64,000 nucleotides of DNA from Candidatus Eiseniibacteriota bacterium (GCA_963792585.1 CAWBWI010000002.1:192001-256000), one strand, 5' to 3'. Positions 27,637 to 38,559 are shown, counted from the stretch's first letter. Notes: generated from the sequence alone by a model not told the origin. Numbers and translations: made by a program.

Positions 27637-28502
27637 ATGAGACGGTCCCATATGATCCCAGCGGCTCTCCTTCTGGCCGTCGGCGTCCTCGCCGGCGCCT
27701 CCCACGGCGCCGAACTCAAGCTGCCTCGCCCCAGCCAGAAGGCTCAGGTCATGCAGACCGTGGGCCTCACCGATGTCACGATCACCTACAGCCGGCCCGG
27801 TGTGAAGGGGCGGGTGATCTGGGGCGAGCTCGTTCCCTACGACAAGGTGTGGCGTACGGGTGCGAACGAGGCCACCACCATCGTCTTCTCCACCGACGTG
27901 AAGGTGAACGGGCATGCCCTGAAGGCTGGAACCTACAGCCTGCACACCATTCCCACGAAGGACGAGTGGACGGTGATCTTCAACACCAAGGCCGACCAGT
28001 GGGGGAGCTACGCCTACAACGACAGCGCCGATGCGCTCCGGATCAAGGTCAAGACCCAGCCCCACGAGTTCACGGAGTGGATGCAGTTCAGCCTCCCGGC
28101 CATCGCGGTGGAGAAGGCCACGGTCGCTCTCGACTGGGAGAAGCTCCGGGTCCCGTTCGAGATCGAGGCGAACACGATCGAGGTGGGCCTCGCCAATGCC
28201 CGCGCCGCGATGGCGTCGCTGGCGCCGGAAGACCACCAGACCGCGTTCCGATGCGCCAGCTTCGCCTTCCAGAGCAATGTCGCCCTGGGCGAGGCCAAGC
28301 AGTGGGTCGACAAGTCGATCTCCATCAAGGAGACCTGGCTCAACCTGCGCTTGAAGGCGGACATGCTCGCGAAGGAAGGCAAGCCGGCGGAGGCCATCGC
28401 GTTCGCGGCAGCGCGCGATCGAGAAGGGCAAGCAGGACGCGCCGCCCGACGAGGTCACGAAGATCGAGAAGCAGGTCGTCGGAGTGGAAGGCGAAGATGT
28501 GA
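27637..28502 (+). CDS. DUF2911-domain exported protein with TPR-like tail (about 2 frameshifts near 28410 and 28480)
   Basis: PRPSQKA.V.QTVGLTD.TITYSRPGVKGR.IWGELVPY.KVWRTGANE; the true C-terminus ...RAIEKGKQ...KIEKQV.EWKAKM is split over frames. Confidence 0.8.
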
Positions 28503-30213
28503 TCTCGCGGGAGCGAGGGGCGGCCCCGCCGCCCGCCCGGAAGGAGATCACCAGGGCGATGGCGATGGTCACGAGGCAGCCGATCACGTTGTACCAGAGA
28601 AACGAGATCTTCGATGGCGGCGAAGCAGAGGATGACGGCGGCCTCGCCGACCAGCGCCCCGATGAAGACGGCCGTTCCCCGGACGCGTTTGAAGTAGAAC
28701 GCGAGCAGGAAGATGCCCGAGGATCGTGCCGTAGAAGAGCGATCCGAGGATGTTCACCGCCTCTACCAGCGATCCGAGCCGGTTGGCGTACTCCGCGAAC
28801 AGAATGGCCAGGCCGCCCCAGACGACGGTCGCGGCCTTCGAGACCGCGACGAGGTGCCGATCCGATCTCTCACGTTTCCCGAATCGACGGTAGAAGTCGA
28901 CGATCGTGGTCGAGGCGAGGGCGTTGAGTTCCGAGGCGGTGGACGACATGGAGGCGGCGAAGATCATGGCCAGCACGAGGCCGACGACGCCGACCGGGAG
29001 ATACCGGAGCACGAACGTTAGGAAGATGTAGTTCACGTCGTTCCCGTCCGAGCGCGGATTGACCTGGCGCACGATCTCCTTGGCCTGCTCGCGCACCTCC
29101 GAGGGCCTCGGCCTGGATGCCGGCGACCGACGTCGCGGCCGCCTTCTCGCCGGCCGCGTCGCCGGCGCGACGCGCCTCGAGCATGCGCCTGGATCTCCGC
29201 CTGCTTCGTCTCGGAGAGGACGTCGTATTTCTCTTGCAGCACGTGGAACTCGCCCGCGCGCGCGCTGGCCTCGACCCGCTTCGTCTCCACGGGATTGAAG
29301 TAGACCGGGGTCGGGTTGAACTGGTGGAAGACGAAGACCATGGCGCCGATGAAGAGGATCACGAACTGCATCGGCACCTTGACGATGCCGTTGAAGAGGA
29401 GCCCGATGCGGCTCTGGGCCACGGACTGCCCGGAGATGTAGCGGCCCACCTGCGATTGGTCGGTCCCGAAGTAGGAGAGGGCGAGGAAGAAGCCGCCGAT
29501 GAGACCGGACCAGAAGGTGTAGCGGTTGGTCCAGCTCGAAGGAGAAGTCGATCGCGTTGAGGCGGCCCATGCGGCCGGCTACGTGGACCGCGTCGCCGAA
29601 GGAGACGCTCTTGGGGAGAAGCGACAGCGCGATGACCAGGGTGGTGACCATGCCGCCCGAAGATGATGACCATCTGCCAGAAGTTGGTGTGCGCTACGGC
29701 CTTGGTGCCGCCGGAAGCGGTGTAGATGATGACCAGGACGCCGATGACCAGGTTGGTGACGTACAGATTCCAGCCCAGCAGCACCGAGAGGACGACGGCC
29801 GGCGCGTAGATGGTCAGCCCGCAGGCGAGCCCCCGCTGGACGAGGAAGAGGAGGGCGGCCAGGCTCCGCACCTTGACGTCGAAGCGGCGCTCGAGGAACT
29901 CGTAGGCGGTGTAGACCTTGAGCTTGCGGTAGAGCGGGACGACGGTCACCGAGAGCACGATCATGGCGAGCGGAAGGCCGAAGTAGAACTGCACGAAGCG
30001 CATGCCGTCCACGTAGGCCTGGCCGGGCGTGGAGATGAAGGTGATGGCGCTCGCCTGGGTCGCCATGATGGAGAAGGCGACCGTGTACCAGCGCATGCTG
30101 CGGTCGCCAAGGATGTAGCCGTCGAGGTCGCGGTTCCGGCGCCCCTTCCACACGCCGTAGGCGACGATGAAGACGAGCGAGGCGGCGAGAACCAGCCAGT
30201 CGAAACCTCTCAC
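28500..30213 (-). CDS. Sodium:solute symporter (multiply frameshifted in this assembly; 3' end approximate)
   Basis: SIMATQASAITFISTPGQAY, TAYEFLERRFD, LSYFGTDQSQV.RY, FAASMSSTASELNAL, VNILGSLFYG; segments lie in different frames. Confidence 0.8.
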
Positions 30214-30350
30214 GAGAAGGCCCTCGTGAAGGCGTAGAAGAGGAGAATCAGGAGCGCCAGGTTAAGCAGGACGACCGCGTAGAGGACGTTCCAGCTCCGG
30301 CCGAAGGGCGGCGGGTCCTCGTCCGCCGGTTGGCGCTGCCGCTCCCTCAT
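30210..30350 (-). CDS. Small single-TM protein (46 aa), probable SSS accessory subunit
   Basis: MRERQRQPADEDPPPFGRSWNVLYAVVLLNLALLILLFYAFTRAFS; ATGA/GTGA overlaps with both neighbours. Confidence 0.75.
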   Translation of the reverse strand: MRERQRQPADEDPPPFGRSWNVLYAVVLLNLALLILLFYAFTRAFS

Positions 30351-32862
30351 CCGCGCGCCGACACCAGGTTGACGAAGAGGCGATAGGCTCCCGGCACCCC
30401 GGCCGGCAGCTGTCGGAAGAACGCGTACCCCGTGTAGATGAAGATTCCCTTCCCGTGACGCGCCCACAGGAGCCCGCCCGCCGCCGGATTCTCTCCCGGA
30501 TCGGCGGAGGAGAGCACGGTCTTGTATTCGGGTCCCCACTCCGAGGCGAAGTAGAGTCCCCGTTCCTGCACCCAACCCTCGAAATCTCGCTCGGTGATTC
30601 GATTCGGCGTGGTCAGAAGCGGGCTCGCGGGATCGACGAACTCGACGGGCGCGTCCTCGACGGTGACCCGGTCTCGGCCGAGCTTGAGCGGGTAGGGCGC
30701 GAACGCCTGGTGGAGGGTCTGATCGGCCGTGTTGTACTGCACGACGAGCGTTCCTCCCTTCTCGACGTACTCGAGAAGTCGTTGTGAACTGCGCTTGAGC
30801 GCCGTCGCGGGAGTTGTAGGCGCGCACTCCCACCACGATGGCGTCGTACCCGGAGAGATCTCCCGGAGACGAGGGCATCGTCATCGAGGAGCGTGACTCG
30901 GTAGCCGGCCTGGGTCAGGGCGGCCGGGACGTCGTCGCCCGGGCCCATGATGTATCCGACCGAGTCGCCCACGCGCGAGAGTTCCAGCCTGCACGGCATG
31001 GGCGCGGGCTTCAGGGAAGAGGGTCTGGATGGGAATGTAGGGATAGATCGATCACGGTCATGCCGCGCGTGTAGGTCCGCTCTTCGGTCGAGAACTCCGC
31101 CTTGATCGTGCCCCCTTCCGGACCGGGGGTGACTTGGAAGACGACGTCACGGGCGTGTGCCCGGGGCCAGTTCGACCTCCTGTGTGACCGGATCGGACCG
31201 CCAGCCGGGTGGCAGGAGGAGACGGGCGCTTCCGTCGACGGTCTCGCTCGCCTCGAGGCGAAGCCGGACGGGTCGGACCGATGCGTCCGGGAAGAGATAG
31301 ACCTGCCTTCGTCCAACGCCAGCGTCACCTCGGGAGCGATGACCACCGGTCGGTAGAGTTCCCCGCGGACCCGATCGACCCATCGGTAGAGGACGGGGAT
31401 GGTGTAGTCGATCGACTGCCCCAGCGTCGCCACGGTGAACGTGACGCGGAGCGTGGGTTCGTTCTCGGGCGTTCCGATGAGCGCGGGATCCGCGACGTGG
31501 ATACAGGCCCCCCTCGACCGGTTCGCGCAGCCAGTAGGGCTGCGTCGCGCGCCAGTCGAGGTTCGTGGGCACGACGCTCCTGAGGGTCATCGTCACCGGC
31601 CGATTCTCCGCGAGCAGGGTGTCGACCTCGCTCTCGAGCCCGGCCGTCTCGGAGCGAACCGCCGTGAGCCGGAGCGCGCGCGCTGGAGCGGTTGATCGCG
31701 GTGACATCGACCTGGATGGAATCGCCGGGGGAGAGCGTGTGCCGCGTCGCCACCGCCTCGAGCCACAGGCCGGAGCAGGAGCGGATGACCTCGTCCAGTT
31801 CGCGTGCCTTGTGGCGGAGAAGGACGGCGTGGCTCCGCCCCGCCGGCGTGGCCAGCAGTCGCGCCAGAGCCTCCCGCGCCCTCACGAGCCCGGGCAGACT
31901 CGCCGCGGGATTGCTGGGATCGTGCATGCGGTGAACGGCTTGCAGGAGCTCGCCCACCTGCGCGCCCCCGGGGATCCGGTTCCAGGAAAGGTCGATGCCC
32001 TCGAACATGTCTGCGGCGGCCGGCTCCCCGGCGATGAGCTTGAAGTAGTTCGATCGAGGTGCCGCGGCGCTCGGCCGAGCCGAATCCCTGGCTCTTGTGC
32101 ATGCTCCGGCTCTCGCCGGCCAGTTCCGTGTAGGAGCGACCGAGGAGCGCGTTGTAGGCGCCGAGATCGATGGTGAGGAACTCCTTCGCGCTCTCCGCCG
32201 GGGGAGGCGCCGTCCAGTTGAAGTAGTTCCAGAGCAGGCGCTTCGACTTCCAGGGCGCGAGCGTCTGGAGCTGCTCCGGAAATCGCGCCGGATCGCCGGC
32301 CGCCTCGAACGCCTCGACCGCGAGAAGCGCCGACGCGGTGTGGTGGCCGTGACGGCCCTCGCCGGTGGTCGGGAACCGCATCACGATGACGTCGGGCTGG
32401 AAGGTACGGATGACGCGCACGACGTCGCCGAGGACCGCTTCGCGTCCCCACTTCTGCGAGCGTCTCGTCGGGTCCCTTGGAGTAGCCGAAATCGACCGCC
32501 CGGGTGAAGAACTGCTCGGCGCCGTCGATCCTGCGGGCGGCGAGGAGCTCCTGCGTGCGGATCACGCCGAGGAGATCGCCCTGTTCGTCGCCGATGAGGT
32601 TCTGCCCGCCGTCGCCTCGGGTGAGCGAGAGATAACCGGCGCGCACCAGCTTCTCGTTCTCGAGCCATGTGAGCATGGCCGTGTTCTCGTCGTCGGGATG
32701 CGCCGCCACGAAGAGCACCGAGCCCACGACGGTGAGCTTCTCCAGGGCCAGATGAAGTTCGGCGGCGTCGAGGGTGGCGGGGGGACTGTCGGAGGCGATC
32801 GCCCCCGGGACGAACGGCGCAAAGAGCATTTGAAGGACGGCCAGGCAGTACGCGACGCGCAC
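30347..32862 (-). CDS. PIG-L/LmbE-family deacetylase with C-terminal GATase-like domain (multiply frameshifted)
   Basis: AAHPDDEN, SLTRGDGGQNLIG.E, RAVDFGYSK, HGHHTAS, SRSMHKSQGFG, GYIMG.GD.V, GWVQERGLYF, FRQLPAGVPGAYRLFVNLVS. Confidence 0.8.
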
Positions 32863-33283
32863 GGATCCTCCTCCCGATCAAGTGAGGTCCCGGGCCCCGT
32901 TACCGAGCGTCACGGCGATGGCCCGTCTGACGAACCCAGGAGGCTAACCGGATCGGCGGGTGGGGCGCAACCTTCGACCCGAAGATGGCGACGCGGCCCC
33001 GGGCGCATGTCGCGTGCCACGTCGCTCGTACTCGGCGCGTCACCATCGGGCGGTTCCATCGACGGTTCGGGCGACCAGCCCTACACAATGGACGCCCTTC
33101 CCGACGATGTGGCCACTCCACCGAGGGAGGGCCTGGCCCGAGGGTCACCACGGGCCGTGTCCTTGGGTGGATGGCTTCCGCCGCCTGACCCCGCCACCGC
33201 CATCTCGCCCGCGCGCTCGCCCTGCGGGGAGGAGTGCCGCCATTGCCTCCGATCGTCCTTCCCCCCCGTCGCGCTCCGCTTCT

Positions 33284-33332
33284 TCAGAAACTCTTAGGGA
33301 TCTTTAGGGTCCTGTAAGGGACCATTTAGGAA
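33284..33332 (+). promoter_or_regulatory. Phased direct-repeat array T(T/A)AGG(G/A), 10-11 bp period
   Basis: TTAGGGA(33294), TTAGGGT(33304), TAAGGGA(33315), TTAGGAA(33326), plus degenerate TCAGAAA(33284); about 50 bp upstream of the hemerythrin start. Confidence 0.7.
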
Positions 33333-33384
33333 CAGGTTGCGGCCCGTTACCGTTATCTTCTGGCTAACCGAAGGAGGTTACGCC

Positions 33385-33993
33385 ATGGAACGAATGGATC
33401 TGTTCACAACGGTACACAAGGGTCTGCGTGCGACGATGTTCGAGGCTACGGAGCTGGTCGCCCGAACGGACTTCAGCGAGCCCAGCGCAATCGAGCAAGC
33501 GGCGGCGGCGGTGCGCCGATGCCTGTCCCTTCTCGAGGAGCATGCCCATCTCGAGGATCTCGTGGTCTTTCCGGAGATCGCGCAGATCGGTCCGGCCGTG
33601 TTCGCAGACCTCAATGCAGAGCACACCCGAGTCGGGGGACTACAGACGGAGATCGCCCAGCTCTTGGACCGTCTCCTCGCCGCCCCGCCCGCGGAGCGCC
33701 TGACGCTCGGCAGGCGGTTGCACGAGCGGATGGGTCGGCTGGTGGCCGCGCACCTGCAGCACATGGATGGTGAGGAGACGACGGCCACCCGTCTCCTGTG
33801 GGCTCACCGCACCGATGATGAGCTCCGGGCGCTCCACGGCAGGGTCCTCGGGTCGATCCCGCCGGAGCGGATGCGGATCTGGGCGGAGATTCTGCTGCGG
33901 GCGATCAATCCCGCGGAGCGGGCAGTCCTCCTGGCGGGCCTCCAGGCGAAGTTGCCCGCCGAGGCGTTCGAGCGTTTGTCGAGCGCGGTGTAG
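33385..33993 (+). CDS. Hemerythrin-like (HHE) domain protein
   Basis: HKGLR, HAHLED...FP, EH, HMDGEE di-iron ligand pattern; AAGGAGG RBS. Confidence 0.85.
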   Translation: MERMDLFTTVHKGLRATMFEATELVARTDFSEPSAIEQAAAAVRRCLSLLEEHAHLEDLVVFPEIAQIGPAVFADLNAEHTRVGGLQTEIAQLLDRLLAAPPAERLTLGRRLHERMGRLVAAHLQHMDGEETTATRLLWAHRTDDELRALHGRVLGSIPPERMRIWAEILLRAINPAERAVLLAGLQAKLPAEAFERLSSAV

Positions 33994-34079
33994 GCGCTCG
34001 CGCACGGGTCGGCGGTGACGGGCGGCGCACCGACCTACCCCGACGGCGAACGGAAGCAATGGCCGAGGAGATCGGAGTG

Positions 34080-35261
34080 ATGAAGCGAACTCGCAGCGGG
34101 ATGGAACGCAGCAGGACCGGAGGGGCGCGACGGCTGGGCCTGGCCGGCCTTGCGCTCGCGGCCGTCACTCTTGGCGTTCTACTCGCAGGGACGTCCACGC
34201 GTGCAGCCCTGCCCATACAGCCATCGTCGTTGCGGCCGCCCGAGAGGCTCAGCCAAACCGGTCTCTACGCCGATGTTGCATCCGGACGGGTGGCTCCGGA
34301 CAATCTGCCCTTCGAACCCCAGTATCCACTCTGGAGCGATGGTGCGGGGAAGCGACGCTGGATCCACCTTCCTCCCGGGGCGACGATCGATGCCTCGGAT
34401 CCCGACGAATGGGTATTTCCCGCGGGGACAAAGCTCTGGAAGGAGTTCTCGTTCGGCCGGCGCGTGGAGACCCGATACATGGAATACGTTGGCGAAGGGC
34501 GGTGGACCTACGCAACCTACGTCTGGAATCAGGATGAAACGGATGCGGTCCTCGCGCCCGAGCGTGGCGTACCGGGTGCGCATGAGATCCGCCCCGGGGT
34601 TCGGCACGACATTCCCGGTTACTACGATTGTCTCGCCTGTCACGAGGGGCGGCCGAGTCGGGTCCTCGGCTTCAGCGCCCTGCAACTCTCCTCGGACCGT
34701 GATCGGTTGGCGCCGCACGCACAGGCCCCCGGTCCCGACGCGATCAACCTCGACGTGCTGATCGAACGCGGACTGCTCCGCGGATACCCGAGCGCGCCGG
34801 CGGGGCGCGCGCCCCGGATCAATGCCAAGAGCCCGAGGGCGCGTGCGGCGCTCGGCTACCTCCACGCGAACTGCGGCTCCTGCCACAACGACCGGGGCCC
34901 GCTCGCGAATCTCGGGATGTTCCTCGATGCAAAGCTGGTAGGGAAGGACGGGACCACCCGTTCCCGAGAACTCGTGACGGCCGTCGATCGTCCGAGTCGC
35001 TACCGGCCGCCCGCGCAGTCTGAAGCCGACACGCCCGGCGCAGGCGACTCCCTGAGGATCGCTGCCGGCCATCCCGAGCGCAGCGTCCTGATCGCGCGGA
35101 TGTCCTCGCGCGTCGCCGTGCTCCAGATGCCGCCTCTGGGCACACACATCGTCGACGAAGAGGCCGTAGCACTCATAGATTCCTGGATCCGCAACGACCT
35201 GCATCCGCGGGGCGCTGCAATAGCTGTGAACCACAAACATGTTCCGGAGGAACGGAAATGA
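34080..35261 (+). CDS. Exported diheme c-type cytochrome (SO2930/HNE_0200-like)
   Basis: Signal/TM segment; PQYPLWSDGAGKRRW, FPAGTKLWKEF, CLACH, YLHANCGSCH, QMPPLG; start could instead be 34059 or 34101. Confidence 0.75.
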   Translation: MKRTRSGMERSRTGGARRLGLAGLALAAVTLGVLLAGTSTRAALPIQPSSLRPPERLSQTGLYADVASGRVAPDNLPFEPQYPLWSDGAGKRRWIHLPPGATIDASDPDEWVFPAGTKLWKEFSFGRRVETRYMEYVGEGRWTYATYVWNQDETDAVLAPERGVPGAHEIRPGVRHDIPGYYDCLACHEGRPSRVLGFSALQLSSDRDRLAPHAQAPGPDAINLDVLIERGLLRGYPSAPAGRAPRINAKSPRARAALGYLHANCGSCHNDRGPLANLGMFLDAKLVGKDGTTRSRELVTAVDRPSRYRPPAQSEADTPGAGDSLRIAAGHPERSVLIARMSSRVAVLQMPPLGTHIVDEEAVALIDSWIRNDLHPRGAAIAVNHKHVPEERK

Positions 35262-35905
35262 ACATCCATAAGAAGTCCCATAGGGCGGATCGCCGGTTTG
35301 CCGCCCCGTCGTCGTTCATCTTTCTCTTTGCATTCTCGGCCTTGGCGATCGTGACCGGCGGGCTCGTCCTCGGATCGCTGCCACGCCCCGCGGCCGCCGC
35401 CGATCCCGTAAGCGCCGCCTCCGGCAGCGGCTCCACGCCGGTGGAGCGCGGTCGTTATCTGGTCTCCGCGATGGGGTGTAACGACTGCCACACCCCCTGG
35501 AAGATGGGCGCGAACGGTCCCGAGATGGATATGAGCCGCATGCTCTCGGGGCATCCCGAAGGGCTGAAGATGCCGCCCGCCCCCGCGGTCCCGATGCCCT
35601 GGGGGTTCGCCGGGGCCGCGACGATGACCGCTTGGTCCGGCCCCTGGGGAACGTCCTTCACGGCGAACCTGACGCCCGATGCCGAGACGGGCCTCGGCCG
35701 GTGGACGGAACAGGAGTTCGCCGCCACGATGCACTCGGGCCGGCACCAGGGCCGGGGAAGGCCACTTCTTCCGCCAATGCCGTACTTCAACCTGGGGGGG
35801 CTGACGGACGAGGATCTTCATTCCGTGTTCGCGTATCTCCAGAGCATCCCCGCCATCCAGAACCGCGTTCCGGAGCCCCTGCCTCCTCCCGCCGCGAAGC
35901 CGTAG
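35258..35905 (+). CDS. Membrane-anchored c-type cytochrome (one CxxCH)
   Basis: VERGRYLV...GCNDCHTP, GPWGTSFTANLTPD.ETGLG.W, LLPPMP (distal Met); ATGA overlap. Confidence 0.85.
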   Translation: MNIHKKSHRADRRFAAPSSFIFLFAFSALAIVTGGLVLGSLPRPAAAADPVSAASGSGSTPVERGRYLVSAMGCNDCHTPWKMGANGPEMDMSRMLSGHPEGLKMPPAPAVPMPWGFAGAATMTAWSGPWGTSFTANLTPDAETGLGRWTEQEFAATMHSGRHQGRGRPLLPPMPYFNLGGLTDEDLHSVFAYLQSIPAIQNRVPEPLPPPAAKP

Positions 35906-36022
35906 GGGCCGGCGTCGATAGACCTCGATGTGGAGCCGCCATCCCCCTTGGGGGCTGGCGGCTCTCCCACGATTGCGGTTAGCGCCCCGCGAGAGCTATG
36001 ATCTCCCGATGGAGAATTTCAC

Positions 36023-36508
36023 GTGAGTCCGCCCGAACTACGGGAGTTCTTGGAATCCGGCGTCTCGATCTTGCTCGGGACGCGGTCCGATCGTCTATTG
36101 CCGGATTGCTGCCGTATTGTCGGTGCCCGACTCGAGGCCGACGGATCCGCGCTGACCGTCTTTCTCCCGGCCGCGACGGCGGAGCGGAGCATCGCCAATC
36201 TCCGGGACAACGGCTGGGCAGCCGTCTGCTTCGCCCGCGCGAGTGACCATCGATCCGTCCAGATCAAGGGCAGAATGCTGACCATCCATGATGCCGATGA
36301 GGAGGATCGGGAGCGGATCGTGCGGTACCGATCCGCCTTGGCCGAAGCATGGGGTGTCATCGGGATTCCACCGAGAATCACCCTGCGCATGGCCCACTGG
36401 CCCTGCCACGCGCTCACGATCCGCGTGGAGTCGGTGTTCGACCAGACTCCAGGTCCCGGAGCGGGGGACGCCTTCGGCGCGCCGCACCCGCTGACGGGGA
36501 CAAAATGA
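36023..36508 (+). CDS. Pyridoxamine-5'-phosphate-oxidase-like split-barrel protein
   Basis: SIANLRDNG.AAVCF...SVQIKG, VESVFDQTPGPGAG; ATGA coupling to the next gene. Confidence 0.7.
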   Translation: MSPPELREFLESGVSILLGTRSDRLLPDCCRIVGARLEADGSALTVFLPAATAERSIANLRDNGWAAVCFARASDHRSVQIKGRMLTIHDADEEDRERIVRYRSALAEAWGVIGIPPRITLRMAHWPCHALTIRVESVFDQTPGPGAGDAFGAPHPLTGTK

Positions 36509-37917
36509 CGCCGCGCCTTCGAGATCTGAACATCTGCTTTCAGGGGATCATCCCATCGGTCATCGCCACCTGCTCGTTGGACGGCGAGCCCAACGTGACC
36601 TATCTCTCGCAGGTCTACTACGTGGACGATCGTCACGTCGCGCTCTCCTGCCAGTTCTTCAACAAGACGCGGCGGAACGTGGACGAGAACCCATACGCCG
36701 CCGTCCTTCTCTACCACCCGGTCACCTTCGAGGCGTGGCGCCTCCTGCTGCAATTCGTCCGTGCCGAGTTCGAGGGGCCAATGTTCGATACGATGGCGAT
36801 GCGTATCCAGGTCATCGCCTCGCACACCGGGATGGCCGGTGTCTTCCGTTTGCTCTCGGCCGACGTCTACGAGGTCCTCTCGATCGATCCCGTCGAGGGT
36901 TTTCTCCTCCCCCCGGATCCGGTGCTGGACGCCGCGCCCGCTCTCCTCCCCTCCGGCCCGCTGACGGAACTGCGCGGCGTGCAGGTCGTCTCCGAACGGA
37001 TCGCGCGGGCGAATGACCTGGAGGGACTCCTGGCCGGGGCCCTCGCCGCCCTTGATGAACTGCTCGGGTTCTCGCACTCGATGGTCCTCGTTCACGAGGA
37101 GTCCTGCAGGCGGCTCGTCGCGATCGCAACCCGCGGCTATGGGACGAATGGCATCGGTGGAGAGGTCCTGGTCGGGGATGGGATCATCGGCACCGTGGCG
37201 GAGCATCGCAGGATGATCCGCGTGGCGGGCATGCGCGATGACCTACGCTATGGCCGCGCGATCCGAGGGCGTGTGGAGAAGAGCGGCGATGCAGAGCGCC
37301 TGGTCCCCGAGATTCCGCTCCCCGGCCTTCCCGATGCACAGGCCCAGCTCGTTCTCCCCATGCTCGTGGGGGAGAGGCTCGTGGGAGTGCTCGCCGTCGA
37401 GAGCCGCGATCCGCTCTGTTTCGACGAGTGGGACGAGGCCTTCCTGCAGATCATCGGAAACCAGATCGCGATGGGGCTCGATCGGATGCAATCCGCGGAG
37501 GATGAGCCCACCGACGGCGCTCCAGAGCCCTCGCCTCGGCGGAGTGCCACGGAACCGCCGGCTTCCCGGCGCGCGGCGCCGGGGCGAGCGACGAGATGCT
37601 TCCTCTACTACCCGCACGATGATTCCGTCTTCGTGGACGGCGAGTACTTGATCCGAAACCTCCCCGGCAAGATCCTCTGGAAGGTCCTGAAGCTCAACGA
37701 GGGTGAAGGGCGGATCGAGTTCACGAATCGTGAGTTGCGGCTGGATCCTTCCCTCGGGCTGCCGCCGATCAAGGACAACCTCGAGAGCCGTCTCATCCTC
37801 CTTCGGAAGCGCCTCGCGGAGAAGTGCCCCGATGTCCGGCTCCTCCCGCTTCGGAGGGGCTGCTTCGCGCTCGAGATGGACTGTGCTGTCGAGCTGACCG
37901 AGAAGAAGGCGGGCTGA
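36505..37917 (+). CDS. PNPOx-like FMN-binding + GAF + C-terminal winged-helix one-component regulator
   Basis: FQGIIPSVIATCS.DGEPNVTYLSQV...FFNKTRRNV.ENP; GAF GDGIIGTVA...PMLVGERLVGVLAVES; DDSVFVDGEYLIRNLPGKILW...LESRLILLRKRL...RRGCFAL. Confidence 0.8.
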   Translation: MTPRLRDLNICFQGIIPSVIATCSLDGEPNVTYLSQVYYVDDRHVALSCQFFNKTRRNVDENPYAAVLLYHPVTFEAWRLLLQFVRAEFEGPMFDTMAMRIQVIASHTGMAGVFRLLSADVYEVLSIDPVEGFLLPPDPVLDAAPALLPSGPLTELRGVQVVSERIARANDLEGLLAGALAALDELLGFSHSMVLVHEESCRRLVAIATRGYGTNGIGGEVLVGDGIIGTVAEHRRMIRVAGMRDDLRYGRAIRGRVEKSGDAERLVPEIPLPGLPDAQAQLVLPMLVGERLVGVLAVESRDPLCFDEWDEAFLQIIGNQIAMGLDRMQSAEDEPTDGAPEPSPRRSATEPPASRRAAPGRATRCFLYYPHDDSVFVDGEYLIRNLPGKILWKVLKLNEGEGRIEFTNRELRLDPSLGLPPIKDNLESRLILLRKRLAEKCPDVRLLPLRRGCFALEMDCAVELTEKKAG

Positions 37918-38075
37918 GGCGACCGAGCGCTGCGCCGTTGATTCGCGAGGGATCGAGCGGCGCACGGCCTCTAACCTCCGGCAGGGCCGGATCGGGCCAC
38001 CTCAGCCAGCCGAACGATTGTACGTGACAGTTTATGAGTTTGCATTGCGTATCCGTAGCCGATAATCTTATGGAG

Positions 38076-38372
38076 ATGCGGTTCCTTCTTCTGGTTCTCC
38101 TCGTATTCCTCCTGGTCGGCCAGCATGCCGTCTTGGCCCTGGTCCCCGTTGCCGACTGCTGCGAGTCCGACGAGGCTGCATCTCCAGTAGGGTGCGACGC
38201 ATCCTGTCCGCTCTGTACCTGCTGCATGGAGCGGAGCCCGGTCGATCTGCCGACGCTTGGCGCCCCGGCTCTGAGTCTCGCGCCCGAGGGAGTTCTGGCC
38301 GCGAGCCTCGGTCTGCCGCCATCCCCCGAACCTGCGGAAATCCTCCACGTTCCGAAGTCCGTTCCCGCCTAG
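38076..38372 (+). CDS. Small Cys-rich leader protein (CzcI/DUF2946-like)
   Basis: Hydrophobic N-terminus; DCC...GCDASCPLCTCC; Pro-rich tail ending EILHVPK; precedes the RND operon. Confidence 0.7.
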   Translation: MRFLLLVLLVFLLVGQHAVLALVPVADCCESDEAASPVGCDASCPLCTCCMERSPVDLPTLGAPALSLAPEGVLAASLGLPPSPEPAEILHVPKSVPA

Positions 38373-38559
38373 TTAGCTCCGCGGAATCCCGCCGTCCATG
38401 GCGGTCCAGTCCCTCGATCCAACCGAGGGGGTGCCGCGGAATCGCTCGTAATGCGCCCGGCGCGGATGCCGACGGTCTGCTCAACGCGACAGCTGCGGTA
38501 TCGAGCGAGTCGGACCCGTGGTGCGTCGCCAACAAACCAAGAAACTGGAGGATCGACTC

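Noticed and set aside
27181..28587. 468-aa minus-strand ORF
   Set aside because: Only its first codons belong to the symporter C-terminus; the rest is antisense to the DUF2911 gene, probably opened by a frameshift.
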